A stretch of DNA of 64,000 nt from Eledone cirrhosa (Eukaryota). The stretch lies in NCBI GenBank assembly GCA_964016885.1, contig OZ024741.1, forward strand, positions 354,454,001-354,518,000, in the 5' to 3' direction. Positions 30,921-45,560 of the stretch are shown one piece after another. The notes beneath the pieces are model-generated. The model made no database searches. It saw nothing but the letters and a program-made list of their open reading frames with translations, and was not told the DNA's origin. Each line of letters begins with the position of its first letter. The first letter of the stretch is position 1. The translations under genes were made by a program, and so were the position numbers.

Positions 30921-32481
30921 GTAATAGTTAAAATTTCACATCTCAACCTGTCAAAAAACAACCATCCAATAATCAAAGAAAGATCTATAGACACATAAAA
31001 GTATAATATTCACGATTTCTTCTATGATAAGATCAAATGCCATATAGCAGCATAATCATCATATTCTCTGAAATCAATTTTGAACATCAGTAATTCTAGT
31101 CAGTAGACACCATTTTTGGAAATTTACTACAGATATCTCATGTAGGATCATAATACATTTAGTTTAAATTTCCCCCATAAAAAAACAGCTATTTCATTCT
31201 CAGTCCTTGCTACACATATACATTCTAAAATATATGTGAATGGGATGCAGCCTCCTGGCTGGTCTGAGAGGTCAAGGGCTTCAATTAAGTACTGACTTGG
31301 TTTATGATGACACGTCTAACTTTTGCAAGCAGCGAAAACAGATGTTATATGATGATGATGGTGAAGATAATAATTATGATGGTGGTGATGATGATGATTC
31401 AAAACTAAGTCAGATGTCTGATAAGCAAGTACTGCTCCATCATTAAGTTGTGTCATTTCTCCATCTCTTCTACTATGGCCTATGATCCTCCGATATTGCT
31501 GACTAAATGCATCTTTCAACCAAACCCATTAAAATAACCCACCTATACTCCACCCATTACTGTATCTTGCCTCTCAGAACTTGTATTAATCCTCTTGATA
31601 TCAACCTGCCCCAAATCACCTCTAGTTCTAGGAAACAAAGCCATACATTTTGAGAGGCTCCCATCATCATCATCATCACAATAAATAAAAACCTTTCAGC
31701 ATGATTTTATATAAGAACCATTTATTTTAAATACTATCTTAATAATGAAATATCAGTTTTAGTAAATCTTTCAAAGTTCTTAAATACAATGTATGTCATT
31801 AGAAATATGGTAATGAAAGGATTAAGCGCTTTATCAAAACCTTCTTCTGCTGAACAGCATTCTTGTGGGAAAATATTCTCTAAGTTTCTAAATTTACTGA
31901 TTCTAAGAACCCTGTACCTTAATGAGCTCAGATCCCCTGACTCTATTCTTCTTACTACATAAGCTTCATCCCCTCCCTCTCCAGATCTGATACTAAACAA
32001 TTTGCTAAAAAAAAGTATGTATCTACATCAAACACTACTCAGCAACAATTCAAATTGAACACTGATTGCACCAACTCTACCTAATTATTCCTAAGTCTTA
32101 AATAGACTGGAAAAGCATATAGACTCTGCTTCTATACAAGCATTTTAAAATTATAAATAATCTTAATAATTTCCTTTGATTATGCTACTTTGGGGGAGTG
32201 AATGAATACATAGAATGAATTTAGTTACAGTATCTCATTCATACCTAATCAAACAAACTCAAAAGACTGGAAAATAAAAATCACCACAATTTGGAGAGGC
32301 AGTGAACTTTTAACATATGTATCATGTATGGGTCTCTTTGTATCAAATTCGCCAACATTAAACTATGTGAAAAACACCACATTTAAACAGTAGACTTGCA
32401 TCATTATTATTTTAATGACCAGTGGGCAACAAACTACAAAGGACTAAAAATGATTTTATAGCTTCAAATATAACAATTTTT

Positions 32482-32725
32482 TAAACCCTTTTGTTACCAC
32501 ATTTCTAATGAAAAATACTATGATTTTCATATAATATTGAAAATAATCAAGAATTTTTTCATTATTAAAGTGGTATTTGGAACATAAGAAAGGTTCTTAC
32601 AAGAAATTATGGTGGAAGGTTTTTAGATAAATATACTTAAAACAAACAGTTTTGTGTCATAGAACCAGGGGTTTCAGGCAATTTGGTGTCATAGAACCAG
32701 GGGTTTCAGGCAATTTGGTGTCAAA
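32482..32725. mobile_element. MITE of the aaccctttt family with an internal 32 bp tandem duplication
   Basis: Starts ttaaacccttttgttacc. tgtcatagaaccaggggtttcaggcaatttgg occurs twice. Confidence 0.65.
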
Positions 32726-32789
32726 TACTGAATATCATTAGAAAAAAAAAAAAGAATAATAATAATTATGAATAATACAAGTAACTTAC

Positions 32790-32915
32790 CTTTTGTGCGG
32801 CACCAAGAACTTTGTCTAAAAATCGCAGCCATTCAAAAACAAATACTGGCCGTTTTGACTCCTGAATTTTTTTGAATGCTTCCTCATTCAGCAGGAGACT
32901 GTGAGCAAGCTCCAT
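32790..32915 (-). CDS. HEATR5B: first coding exon of HEAT repeat-containing protein 5B (exon 32790-32972 including 5' UTR)
   Basis: Translates [42 protein letters not shown], matching the HEATR5B N-terminus as I recall it. ACCATGG start, polypyrimidine/ttcAG acceptor, AAG|GTAAGT phase-0 donor. Missed by the ORF track. Confidence 0.95.
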
Positions 32916-33069
32916 GGTATTCAAGACATACATGTATATTTTATTTCTGTTATCTTGAAAAACAATTAATATCTGAAATTATAAAAAAAAAATAAAATAA
33001 AATATATTAAAAACATGCATATATGAAATAATATTTTACATAGCTGCAACATTTTAAGGAGCTACTGCT

Positions 33070-33335
33070 ACAAATAAAATGCACCCAGTTTCTACTGCAA
33101 AGTAGTAGTGCTGGTTCTGTGATAAAATGCACCCAGCTTCCACTGCAAAGTGGTTGTGTTAGTTCTATGATAAAATGCACCCAGCTCACACTGTAAAGTG
33201 GTAGTGCAGGTGCCATGAAAAGAGTACTTAGTCCAACCTGTCAGGTGGTAGTGGCAGCACTACAAAACAACAAACTCGATACATAGCCTCAGAACAGGAC
33301 AATTATCTAACCATGCAAGCATGGAAAATAGATGA
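33070..33335 (+). repeat. ~52 bp tandem units plus RTE-type tail
   Basis: aaaatgcacccag...ctgcaaagtggt repeated 3-4 times. Similar arrays at 60780-61040 and 62620-62710. Confidence 0.75.
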
Positions 33336-33349
33336 TACCAAACTAGCTA

Positions 33350-33660
33350 GTGAGGTTGATATTTGCATGGCTGAAATAGCCATTAAGGAAGTGATAGCAG
33401 GGAAAGTGACCAGCACATCAAGAGTAGTCAATAAATGCTGAAAATATCTGGTGAAATAGGGTTCAAGTTAGTCACTTGCATAATCAGATAGGTAGTTCAG
33501 TATCATCATCAACTGCTACAAGGGCAAAGGTCATGCCCTAGAAAGAAACAACTATTCAGGTTTTAACTGATAAATCAAGTTGTGAAAGTAACAAAGCTTT
33601 AACACAACTGATTAGGATAAGAATTAGCTTAAATAAGATGCAATTCTGATTTGTATAAAA
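33350..33660 (+). mobile_element. degenerate RTE RT N-terminal fragment
   Basis: Collinear with ~865-1180. Confidence 0.7.
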
Positions 33661-36600
33661 TCAGGCTATGCCTAGTAATTGTTGATTTGGAGGTCTTTGT
33701 ACTCTCCCTACTCAGGACTGGCCTTCTTTCATCACTCATATTATGCTTCATACTCAAATATTAAATTAAACACTTTGTCCAATGCTTCCTCACCAGAACT
33801 ATGACCTTTTGTATTCCCTTCTCACCCACATTTTCTATCCAGACATTTACCTAAATATGGTACTAAACATTGATTTATTTCAAGGAGACCCAAAGCCAGC
33901 CAACTTTAGGGAGGACACAGTTAACATTAACCTAAGAATATAGATTGATAATTAACAATACCCTACCCCCAACCTATACCTGTTCTATAAATAATACCCC
34001 CAGGTATTTCTCACCTCAATTATGTGCTAACTGAACCACAAGACATGTTTGACTGAACCTGGCAACTAACTACAGAATATTGGCATCATCATATATTTCT
34101 ATTAAAAGTTTCTCATTATATTAGCAATTATATAAACTAGTATATAAGTCAGTGGGTAAATTTCTGTACAGTAGCTCAACCTGCAAGAAAAACACCCTAA
34201 ACATTTTTTTTTAATGAATGAACACATTGGATATTGACCTAGAAATACTATATCTGAAAAATGAAAATAAAATAAATGCCAAAAAAAAAAACAATGAGAT
34301 AGTCACAACACAGAAATGTCTTTGATCATAAGTTTGCTCAGTCAGAGTTGACCTGAGGCTAAACAACAACAACCAGTTTCAAAGAAACTCCTAAATATTA
34401 GCAAGACCTTGTTGCTTTCTTGTATGCACATGGCAAATAAAAAAGAATAAATAAATACTACTTAATTTATCATTGCTATTCATAACTCTCTCTCATATAT
34501 ATATATAACAGTTATCGATGGATCGATTAGATCAAATATATTTTATAACTGGATTTTTCTTATCTATGATGAAATATTTTGTGAAAAATAGTGGCAAACA
34601 TTCATTTTTGTTATAACCACTAGCATTAAAATGGAACTATGAAAATCTAACTCGACAAATAGTATTGCTATTTTCCAGTATTCTTAACTAAGTCTATGAT
34701 GGAAATTCTCTTCAGCTTTTATTGGTCATCTCAACCATTCCACTATCTAGTATGTCCAACCACCAAGAAAGTACATACTTCTGTTTTTGTACAACTTCTT
34801 TACTTAATTGTTTCAGTATATGGATTGATATCTGAAAAAAACTACTGAAGTGATGACATAAATGTTTTTCCTTTATGTTTTTAGCAAGTTATTTCAAACA
34901 TCATCATCATTTAACATCCATTTACACTACTAGCAAGGGTTAGATGGGTCATCACAGTCAATACTTGCGGTTACTGATTGCTTCCCTTTTCAGATGAGCC
35001 AGGAGTTCACTTATTACTTAAATATGTCCTTGCAATCTACATTTTTCCTGAAAAATTCCCTGTAATCAACCTGTGGCTTATGACTGAATGTTCAGTTTAT
35101 AGAGTGGAATTTGACATCTGGCTCCAATCTTCGCTAGTCTTGTAATATCAGCTGACAGCTGCAGTTCATACATAATAAACTTATCCAATATTATGATTAT
35201 CATATCTATTAATTTTAAAATGTGTTAATGGTAATTAGGAAGAAATTTCCAGGGGTATATAGTAGCACCAGTAACAGATTGCCATTTGTTTGGTTTGGTT
35301 TGGTTTACAGAGAACTGACAATGATGATACCTCATGTTGCTATTTGTAGACAAATAGCTGTAGTGGAGACCATCTGTTAGCTGTCAAATTAGTTAACCAA
35401 CTAGCAACACCCACCTCTATAATATGACATAAGTTGTGAAGACAGACACATACAGTTTGGTTACAAGCTACAAGTTGTTGAATGTGCCAAATAACACAGC
35501 AACTGAGCAATTGAGTGACAATATGAACATAACAAAAAAAGAAAAGAAAAAGAAAGATTCATGAATAGAGAAAAGAGGAGAATATATTAACCATTTTTAT
35601 ACAAAACTTGTCAAAAATATAGCTGATTTTATGAAACAAAACCACTGTCCAGGATGATTTTACATAAGTTACTATCTTAGTAATTAAATAATTCACAATT
35701 CAAAAACTCCCTTATTAAATGAATTAATTGAAATAGAGTATTTTATTAAAAATATGGTTATGGAAAAAAGTTTAAAGGAAACGAGAAACAAAAAACATAG
35801 ACCTCATCATAAAGAAGCAAAATTCTCACACCTGGAAGGCAAAAAAAATGGATACATAATTGTAGAAAGTAAGGAGTATTTAGTCTCAACAAAGATTATA
35901 ATGTACAATACAAGGAGATTGATAGAAAAGGGAAGCAACCAGCAGCTCAGTTTACTGGATCTTCATTTTGGTGCTACTGTTTCATACTACCAATTGAGAA
36001 TAAGTGACCCGAGCTAAAAGTTGAATATAAGATGATGTGTCCAAGAGAGATGACTATACTGGTATGGACATGTGCTATTCATCACTCACACTATGATACA
36101 TCCCTGTTGTTACCCTGTCACAAGTGCATGCTATTTCTCTACTCAAATTTGTGAGCCACTCTAATGCTGGTGCCCCTGATAAAATGCACTGTGTACACTC
36201 TGTAAAGTAGTTGGTGTGAAGAAGGGCATGCAGCTATAGAAACTATGCCAACAATTTCATTGTACAAACTAGACACAGACATCCAACTCACCTAAATAAG
36301 CGGTAACTCTAAATAAGAACTGAGGTGAACTGTAACAATCAACTAAACACATGCCAACATGCAAAGTGAATATAAAATGCTAATGAGGATGATGACAATA
36401 TATGTATGTGTATGTATATCATCATGAACATAATTTAACATCCATTTTTCCTGCAAGCAAGTCATCATAGACCAAGTCAGCACCTAATTAGATCCTCTGA
36501 TCTCCCAAACGAGTTAGGACCCATCTCACTTACATGTTTCCACAGTCTACAAAATGAGAAACACAATACAATCATGGTACCAACACTAGGGAGGTCATCA

Positions 36601-39169
36601 TATCTTTGACACAACTAAATAGTTCTGTATCTTTTGCTTGGCAAGTTTTCTATGGCTGGACACCCTTCCTATTGCCAACCACTTTACTGAGTGTACCAAG
36701 CATGTTTTGTCATGTCATCAACACTAAAGAAGTTGCTATGCTCTTGACATACTGAAGAACCTTCTCAACCCTTTTATTATGGTTCTACAGCAGGATGCCC
36801 TTTTACCAACCACCTTAGTTGGTGTGTTTTACCATTGCACCAGCACTAGAGAGTTTTTTGGTTATTGTGGTGGGGGTGCATGAAGGGGATGTAATAGCAG
36901 TGAGAATAGGGAGGGTAATAATAAATATCATGTCATTGGAAATTGACAATAGGTGGGGTGTATGACAACTTTATAATGTCATAAGTGTGTGTTTTTTATG
37001 GCACCAGTGCTAGAGAGGTTGTAGCTTATTTGTCTAGACTGAAGAGTCCTCTCAAATGTCTATGGACACATTTTTAAAAAACTTATCCACTATGCCACAA
37101 TCTTCTAGAATAAGAGCACTGGAACCTTACAATAGAAAGATTGTGATGAACATCAGACAATATATTTGTATTGTCAAAATAAGTTACCAAGAAACACTGA
37201 AATATCAAAGAAAATTTGAAGTATATAGAAACACACACAAAAATAATACTGCAAGAGTTTCATAAGCTTCATTCTCTTTAAGTGTTTTATTAATAAACTA
37301 ATTTTGCCAATTAATTTTGCAATGACTGCCAAGAGAAAGATTTTTTTTTTATTTCAAACATGAAGAAAACTTAAATTTTTTTTAGAAAGCAGATGGCAAA
37401 AACTCTAATGGGAAAGAATTAGTTTAAAAAATGGTTATATTCTATTGTATGATAAATGCAAATACAATTATTGTTGGCAGTTTATTTTAAAACAATGTAT
37501 TTAATATTAGTAACAAATTTCTTTGTTCCAAGAATGTGATCCAAGTAATGAAATTTTGCTAGTAGAGATATAATAACTATTCAGGGTCTTGTGAAATAGA
37601 GTTTGAGAAAAGCAAATACAACATAAATGAATCCTTTTGATACCAAAATACTTGAAACCACCCCCAGATGTTACAATACAAATTGTTTGTTTTAATGTGT
37701 TTATATTTAACTAAAATCCTCTTATCATAATTTTATATAAGATTCTTTCTTATGTTCCCAATACAAGCTCAATAAACAGAAAATTAGTTATATTACTAGA
37801 TGCCACCAAATAATTGATTTGAAAATCACAGGCAGTGTTTTTCATTGAAATATGGTAAGAAAAGAGTTAATGATCCCTAGCTTCCTTTTTCTTTTTGCAT
37901 GGGTCCTTAATTCCTGATTGAGGTTTAGGGGAGCAATAGTGATATACAGCGTTTCTTGGGCATAAAAACATGTTTAAACACAGTCAGTTTCTTCCAGCAA
38001 AAGTGAGAAAGAAACATAGACAAAGAATTGACCCTCGTACTGGAGTGATAGTTCATGTATAATATGTATAATAACTTTGGTTTATTCAATATCAAATATA
38101 GATCTGGGAAATGTAAACATTGAACATATATAAGCAAATAAAAAAGTACTCACTACACAAAGTAGAGTTATATTGAATATTCAAGTGTCTTTTGTGGTTA
38201 GGAAAACGGAAAAGGGAGGGAAAGGCAAGGGCTTTAGTGTCACAGAAAAATGGGGAAAGAAAAGGGGGTTATGGGCTCTAGGCCTAGGGCGCAGCAGTAT
38301 TAGGTAAGTTGACCTCAGCAGGATTTGAGCACAGAGTAAATAATTCTATCTGATGTTTTAATAACTCCACCAATTCACCAGCTAATGATCCCTAGTACTT
38401 GCAACTATTTTACTATATAGTGGTAAAAAGAAAATAAATAAATGAATTGTCAAAACAAGGCAACATTTGTCCACAGATTGTGAGTAACTAAACAAGAATG
38501 AAGTAAACAACAAGCTGAACATAATTTAACATTTCTGCTGAGATATGCAAGAATAGCATTTAGTCTACTGCTACCTACAATATACAAGCAGCCACATTTG
38601 AAAATTAACAGTTGCTGTAATTTGACCAGCAGCTGACTTTAAAACTGAAATAAAACAACTGAAAATAATCACTGAAGTACCATCTGTGAACAGATAAAGA
38701 TGTCTGAGAAAGCATAAATAAATGGAGAGGCTTGATGAGATCAGTTACCACCCAATTCTTATCTTGAAGTAGGTCTGAAACTCTGCAACACTGTAGACAC
38801 TTACTTCTTTAACAATTTAATGGTACACCCTTACCGAATTCCTACACATCTCACATGTTGAGACAAATGACAGGATGTTCTAAAATTTTACAGTAGAAAA
38901 CCATCATAGAGTTGAAAGAAAGAAAGTAGGAGAAATAGAAGAGTGTAGGTATTAAAAGGCAACTTCATTAGAAGACAGTAAGCAGTGTTCCTATTGTATT
39001 AATAGAACATGAGAAACAAATGTGGAATAATATTACTGGCAAACGTTTTTACAGAAATACCATTTCAACAAAATTATGTAATAATTCTAAAACAAAAACT
39101 CAAGTTACTTTAATTAGTTTCAGTGAATGGATTTTGTCAACCTAAGTGTTCTATACATCAAACTTAAGT

Positions 39170-40352
39170 GTTTAAAACTTTCATTGTCATATTTCTAATG
39201 AAAGACACTAAGATTTTCAAATCATTTTGAAAATAATCAAGAATTTTGAGGGATTTAGAAATACAACCAAATTTCTCATCATTCAGTTGGTGTTTGGAAA
39301 ATAACATAATAAATGTTCTTACACAGAATTATGATGGAAGGTTTTCAGATAAAGATAAACACTTTAAAATAAACAGCTTTGTATTGTAGAACCAGAAATG
39401 GTTTTAAGTGGCTTGCTATCAAAAGGGTTGAGACACAAGACATTATACACATTTACACATGTTTTTCTTATTAAAACATTTTATTTTTAAAATCTTATGA
39501 AAACATTAGAAAGAAATAATTTTTCACAATAATATATGTTAAACCCTTTTGATACCAATCTGGCCAAATTTGGCCCTGCTTCAATGAAAAAAATCTCCAT
39601 TCATTTTCAAAGGTTCCTATCTAAATTTAAATTTTACAACATAATTTTATATAAGTTATCTAAGCAATGAAATAATTCATGATTTTCTTAAATCCTTAAA
39701 ATTTCTCCATTAATTAAATGAAATAGAGAGTACTTTATTAGAAAAAGGGTTCAGTAAATGTAGCAGGGATAGCCAAGCTAGTAAAATGATCAACTGGATT
39801 TATAGTTCCCTCAATTATTATCTAGAGTTATCCCTTCAAAAGTTCAGTAATATTTTAGATTAGATTGAAACCTTTTGATACCAAACCGTCTAAAGCTACC
39901 CTTAGCTCAACAGTACAAAGCTGTATATATTAAAAGGATTATATTAATCTAAAAGCCTTCATATTTTATGTAAAAACCATTAAGTTATTTTTCAAACATT
40001 AGCTTAACAATATTTGCTTATTTAGGCACATGGCCAGCAATTATGAGGGAGTGGAAAATCAATTATAGCAACCCCACTACTTTACAGGTACTTTATTTTA
40101 TCAATCTTGGAAGAATGACAGGCAAAATGGACCATGGCAGAATTTGAACTCAGAATGTAAAGAGCTGTAACTAAATACCACAAAACATTTTGTTAGTGCT
40201 CTACTGATACTGCCAATCCGCCACCTTAACACCAGTTTGATAATGAAAAAGGTTAATTATATGACTAAATCCCTCCAAATTCTTTACTATTTTCAAATTG
40301 ATTAAAAATTATAGGCTATTTTTCATAAGAAATATTCTAGTGAAAGGGTTAA
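39170..40352. mobile_element. cluster of three aaccctttt...aaagggtt MITEs, the last interrupted by a minus-strand family 1 SINE (~40010-40225)
   Basis: Termini aaaagggttga 39421, aaacccttttgatacc 39541, aaaagggttca 39743, aaccttttgatacc 39869, aaagggttaa 40343. Confidence 0.7.
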
Positions 40353-42289
40353 TACTTCTCATCCTTATAAAACTTGAAAGCCTTCTGAGTTAAAGGAATC
40401 CGGTATTTTATTCAAGCCTACAAATCAAGATTTAACAAAACATGCTACATAATAGGAAACCTAGGGAGAGGATTGACAAAGCTGAGAAAGAAGAGTGTCA
40501 CACTTAATTTAATGGATATGTATTAATGATCAGAGGATCAGACATATTACGATACAACAATAACTGTTGTCAGAGTTTGGTAGAGGTGAACATAAATGCT
40601 ACTTAGCTGAGAAATTGTTTGAACACTCTTTGACCACTTGCCAGATATTGCAGTAATTGATCTACTAACTGTGCACACACACGTTCATACAGACACACAA
40701 ATACATGCACATACAGACACACAAATCAATAAAATTGTGTAATTTTACAATAGTAATAAAGCATTGCATAATCATATATTACATCTAACAGTACAAACTA
40801 TACCAAGGAATATACTGTATATCTGTTTTTGAAATTGGTACACCATATCCTTGAATGTTGTAACAGGTGATTGAAGGGGTTGATGCCAGGAAGAGCATCC
40901 AGTTGTAAAACATTCCCTCAAAACAACCCATGCCACCATGGGGATAATGATGATGGTGAAAGCAAGAAATTGGAGAAACTTTATTTTTTAAAAGAGAGGT
41001 TTCATATGAGGCAGACATGTGGAATGAAGAATGGTTCTATGTATGCATAGAACCATAACACATATGTAACAAAGAGAGAACCATCATGGCATTCAGCATG
41101 CCTTCGGCATTTTAAACCAGAGTTTCATCTCTCGTTAGGTCTAAACACAGCTGATTTCTTCCAGAGAAAGAAAGAAAAGAAGAAAGAGGCAGTAAGAAAG
41201 AGATATAAAGGAAGATTCGACTCCAGTACTTGAATAGTACTTTATTTATTGATGAAAGGCAAAGTTGACCTCAGTGGGATTTGAACACAGAGAATATAAA
41301 GCTAGAATGAATACTGAAAAACAATCTATCTGATGTTCTGCCAATTCGCCACCATTAGAACTGGCTAAATAAATATGGTATGGTGCAATAACTAGGATAC
41401 AAGTTAAAGAAAAATATTAAAATCATCTGAGAAAGTATAAATTAAAGCTTTTTAAAGAAAAGCACACAAAAAAGATGATAAAACAAACCTAATTAACTAA
41501 TGTCTATATGTAGAAACAGGTTTAAAAATGACTGAAAATACATATAAATGAGCACATGTGGGAATGGATGTATACTAAACAAATATTGACTTAACATTAA
41601 TTATTATTAACAAATGAAAACAGTGAATATTTCCGAAGTTGAATTAAAGTACACATACACAAACATTACTCCAATAAGCCAATGAGGGGATCTCTAAGCA
41701 GTTGCTTGATATGCTATAAAAAGCAGTGAAATTTCCCATAGTCTTAAAAAAGAAATAGCACATTGGATAATGTGGCCCAAGATACACTATACCTGAAAAG
41801 AAGAAAAGATGGCTTTGGCTTCCATGCATTGCATTATAAGTCTGCTTGATAATGGTTGACCCGGGATTAAACAACAACTTTGTTGAAGCTGTTCAAAGAA
41901 TTTATTAACTAAACTTTCCATTTACCATTCAGTACTTTCAATTGCTCAAATAGAGGTGTATATGAGGGCAAATACGATATGTTTATATAAAATAAACATA
42001 TAAATCTCACTATGGATGTTTTAAACTGTGATCCTGTGACATCTATCTCAGCAGCCATGTGAGAATGTCAAATACTAGTGTTTCAGAATTTTTTAATCCA
42101 TCATCAGTGATGCTTATTCACTTGATACTGAGACAAGAATAAGCTATAGATTATTCACATTAGTGCTAGTGATAAGTAATCCTAGTCAAGTCAGGCACGC
42201 ATTATATGTAAATAAATTCTCCAGCATATGTTTTATATGCAAAATGTACCATCAATAATGGATTAGTAACTTATAATGTATAAGTAATT

Positions 42290-42522
42290 TATACCAGAAT
42301 TTTGTGCCTGGAAAACGAACTTATTATTATAGCAACATAACTGACATAGGAAATGCATTTGGAGTAAGTGTGTATGTAAATTTTAAAGTTGCAGAGATAT
42401 AAATATACCAGAATTTTGTGCCTGGAAAACGAACTTATTATTATAGCAACATAACTGACATAGGAAATGCATTTGGAGTAAGTGTGTATGTAAATTTTAA
42501 AGTTGCAGAGATATAAATATAC
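42290..42522. repeat. perfect 114 bp tandem duplication
   Basis: Units start at 42291 and 42405. Confidence 0.95.
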
Positions 42523-43889
42523 AAACATGTGCCATATTATTATGGCACTTGGAAAGCAAGGTGAGGGTGGAGAGAGAAGCGTTGCCCCCCCCCCCCCCAG
42601 TACATTTGCTGAAAGGTGGGTGAATGTGGCGAGAATGGCCTGTAGGCTGGTGAATTTGAGGAGGAGAGGGGTGTCCTTCTCAGGTACCCTCGAAGCATTG
42701 GGTGGTTCAGAATTGGTTGGGTACCTGAATCAGCCCTGGGTGGTTATCCCCCCCTATTGGGGAACTTTCATTGTTGTATTTTTCTTGTTTCTTGTTATTG
42801 TTTTCCTATTTTCCACTGTCTCCATCTATTGTATTGTCCCCTATTTATGTCCATATTATTATGGCTGATATCCACCAACAACGAACTCTCTCAAAATCCT
42901 ACATGAAACAATGTAGACAATCAGTTTTTCCAAACACTGTATCTCCTTTCAAACTATTCTTTTATATGTATCCCAAACAATTACAAATATTCAAGCAAAG
43001 CTCCCATTACATCATTTCCACCTATCTGTTTAATCCTTTAATTATGAGAGTATTGGACTCCTGATCATATTGTTATGGGTTTTGATTCTTAGACTGTGGT
43101 ACATTGTGTTCTTAAGCAAGATGCTTCAACTCATGTTACTTTTAATTATAAGAATGGGGTTCTAGGCAGAGCCATTATTTCTCCAAATTGAGAGATCGCA
43201 GCTCTGATACTATGAGCATGTGGTTAGAATGTCTTAGGAAAGAATCGCTGGACAGATTTTATGGGCTAAACCAGCCGGCAAGAGACCCAGGGGAAAAACC
43301 CGAACAAGATGAGTGGATAACATCCATGAATTGACTGGTTATGCTTGGGGATCCAGCCGGATCAGTTGGAGATAGTTGCTTCTAACAGGACCTGCTGGAA
43401 GGAGTGTTTGAGGACTCATATCATTAAACCCCACAAGAAACCTATGTGATGCAACCTCAAAACAGGCCAGCTACACCAACATAGGTGTGAGTTGTAACAA
43501 CTATAACAACGGCAACAATATTTCTCCATGTATGAAATAACTTTATATACAACATTTAAATTGCAACATAACATATCTGCCCTCTTTTCAAATGTCAGCA
43601 TTGCAATGCAGAACATTTGCTTGTTAATAGTGACATAATTTGGATAAGCTTAAAATGCATCTAGATCTCTTATCATATCACTTATGCAGACCATTTTTCC
43701 TGTGTTAAACAAGTCTCCATTTTCCCAGTTCTCCCTCAGATCTATTACTACCATATAAGCTTTCCACCACCATTCAGCAGCAATTCTTCACTCATTAAAA
43801 TCATTAATTTTCATCAATAAGCAAGTTCTCATAACAGGTGCAGCGAGTCACTGGGGTACCACTCTAGATGTTTGACTGGCATTTCAATA

Positions 43890-45560
43890 GGCCTTAGAAA
43901 TACTTGGCAATACCCCTCTCCTCTCCAAGGATGAGTATCCCAGTTTTTGCAGTACTAATTTTCATTCCAGACATGCAGCACTTGGTAGCAAACCTATCAA
44001 GTGAAAACCGGAGATCAGCTTCTGATGAGTTAAGTAATACCATATCATTTGCAAATTCCTGCCGACTGACCCTACACCCAACAGTCGTAATACCACTTCC
44101 AGCCTGGCTGCACATGTCAATCCTGTTCATGAAGTTTATGAACAGGAGAGGTGACAGTATGCATCTTTGGCAGAGACGGACTCCAACATTGAATAGTTTC
44201 AATTTAGCACCATTTATCTAAACACAAATACTGGAGCATTTGTATAGAGAAACCAGAGCACCAACAAGCTGTCCATCAGTCCCATACTCCTGTGGAACGT
44301 GTCCGTATACTTTTTCAAGGTCTACAAAGCTGAAAAGTCTCCACTCGGTTTCGTCCTAAGTTTGCTCAGGGAGGTCTCTGAATTTGGTAGCAATAGTATC
44401 CGCGTACCAGGTCCTAATTTCCTTATCCACCAACACTTCCAAATTTATCCTGTAGGCTGAGCTGGACCTGCCAGTTTTCTGGGCTTCTTTGGCTTTAGGT
44501 AATCTCAAGTTGCAGATAACTAGATGGTGATCAGTTCACAGCTCAACCTCTCTCTTAACACAAACATCCAGCACAGAATCAAAGGGATCAGAGACAATAA
44601 CAAAATCAATTATTGATCTCTGTCCCTGATTCCCCTCACACCCCTCATATATTTATGGAGTCCATTGCTAGAACAGAAGTCTAATTTAGAAGTCTATTTA
44701 GATTGAGATCGCTGTTCCTTCCAATCATGCCTTTCCATGTCAGGTGGTCAGTGCCAACATGTGCATTGAAGTTTCCCATTAGGATATATAACTTAGTCTT
44801 AACTACATTTAATGCAGCAGTGACTTCATCAAGGAAGGACCTGTATTCAGACTCTTTATTTGGTGCATTAACTTGCATCACCCACAAAGATTTATCTTTC
44901 AACCTAAGCTTCAAGAGGAAAATCCTCCCTCCTAATGGGATCCAATCCATTACATATTCTGACAGCCAGAGACTTGTGAGTATCCCCACACCCGCCTGTG
45001 CAGTCATTTTTGGTGACACACCTGAATAGTAGAGTTTCCATCCTCCATCTAAATCCATAATACCAGAGCCACGGAACTTTATTGAGAAAACTCCAACTAT
45101 ATCTAGCCGGTAGCATCTAATCTCCTCCACTAGTTCCTGCTCCTTACCTGTAAGGGTTGTGATGTTCCAGGTTCCAATGGTTATGGTTTACTCCCTTCTG
45201 AACCCTCTTTGGGATCTTGGGATACACAATCTTTGTGCATTCATCCTACACCTTCCAGGGCAAGTTGCAGGCCCATCACCAGTTTTTACGGCATGAAATG
45301 GTAACTGTAGTATATTTTTTGAACAGGTCTCTTTACCTAAGGCCTGAACACGTCCCTTGTTAACCCACATGAAGGATGGTGAAATATGATTCTTTATGTT
45401 ACCTCTCACCATATTGCAGTTTTGGTGGTCTTATTCATGCCAGTCACCAATCTGGCACTTTTCTCAGACCCACAAAAACTAGGCATTTTTAGAGGTGGCC
45501 TTTACTTGCCTCATCATAGCTATATCACTGGGTTGTGAGAATTTTCTTGGGAACTGAAGA
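43890..45560 (-). mobile_element. Rex3/Expander-like RTE: 5' UTR, APE endonuclease and partial RT, with deletions
   Basis: GTWNITTLTGKEQELVEE, AQAGVGIL, MGNFNAHVG, DHHLV, FVDLEK, ILSPLLFINFM, FANDMVLL. Confidence 0.9.

Noticed and set aside
31734-32000. ORF near the HEATR5B exon as the next exon
   Set aside because: No resemblance to the expected continuation (..KKLVEQL..PGPP..) and no convincing splice sites.
42590-42860. GC-richer segment with FAERWVNV, possibly an L1/Tx1 3' end
   Set aside because: Too short to support a call.
45330-45470. Possible HDV-like ribozyme in the RTE 5' UTR
   Set aside because: I could not assign the P1/P2 pseudoknot pairings by eye.
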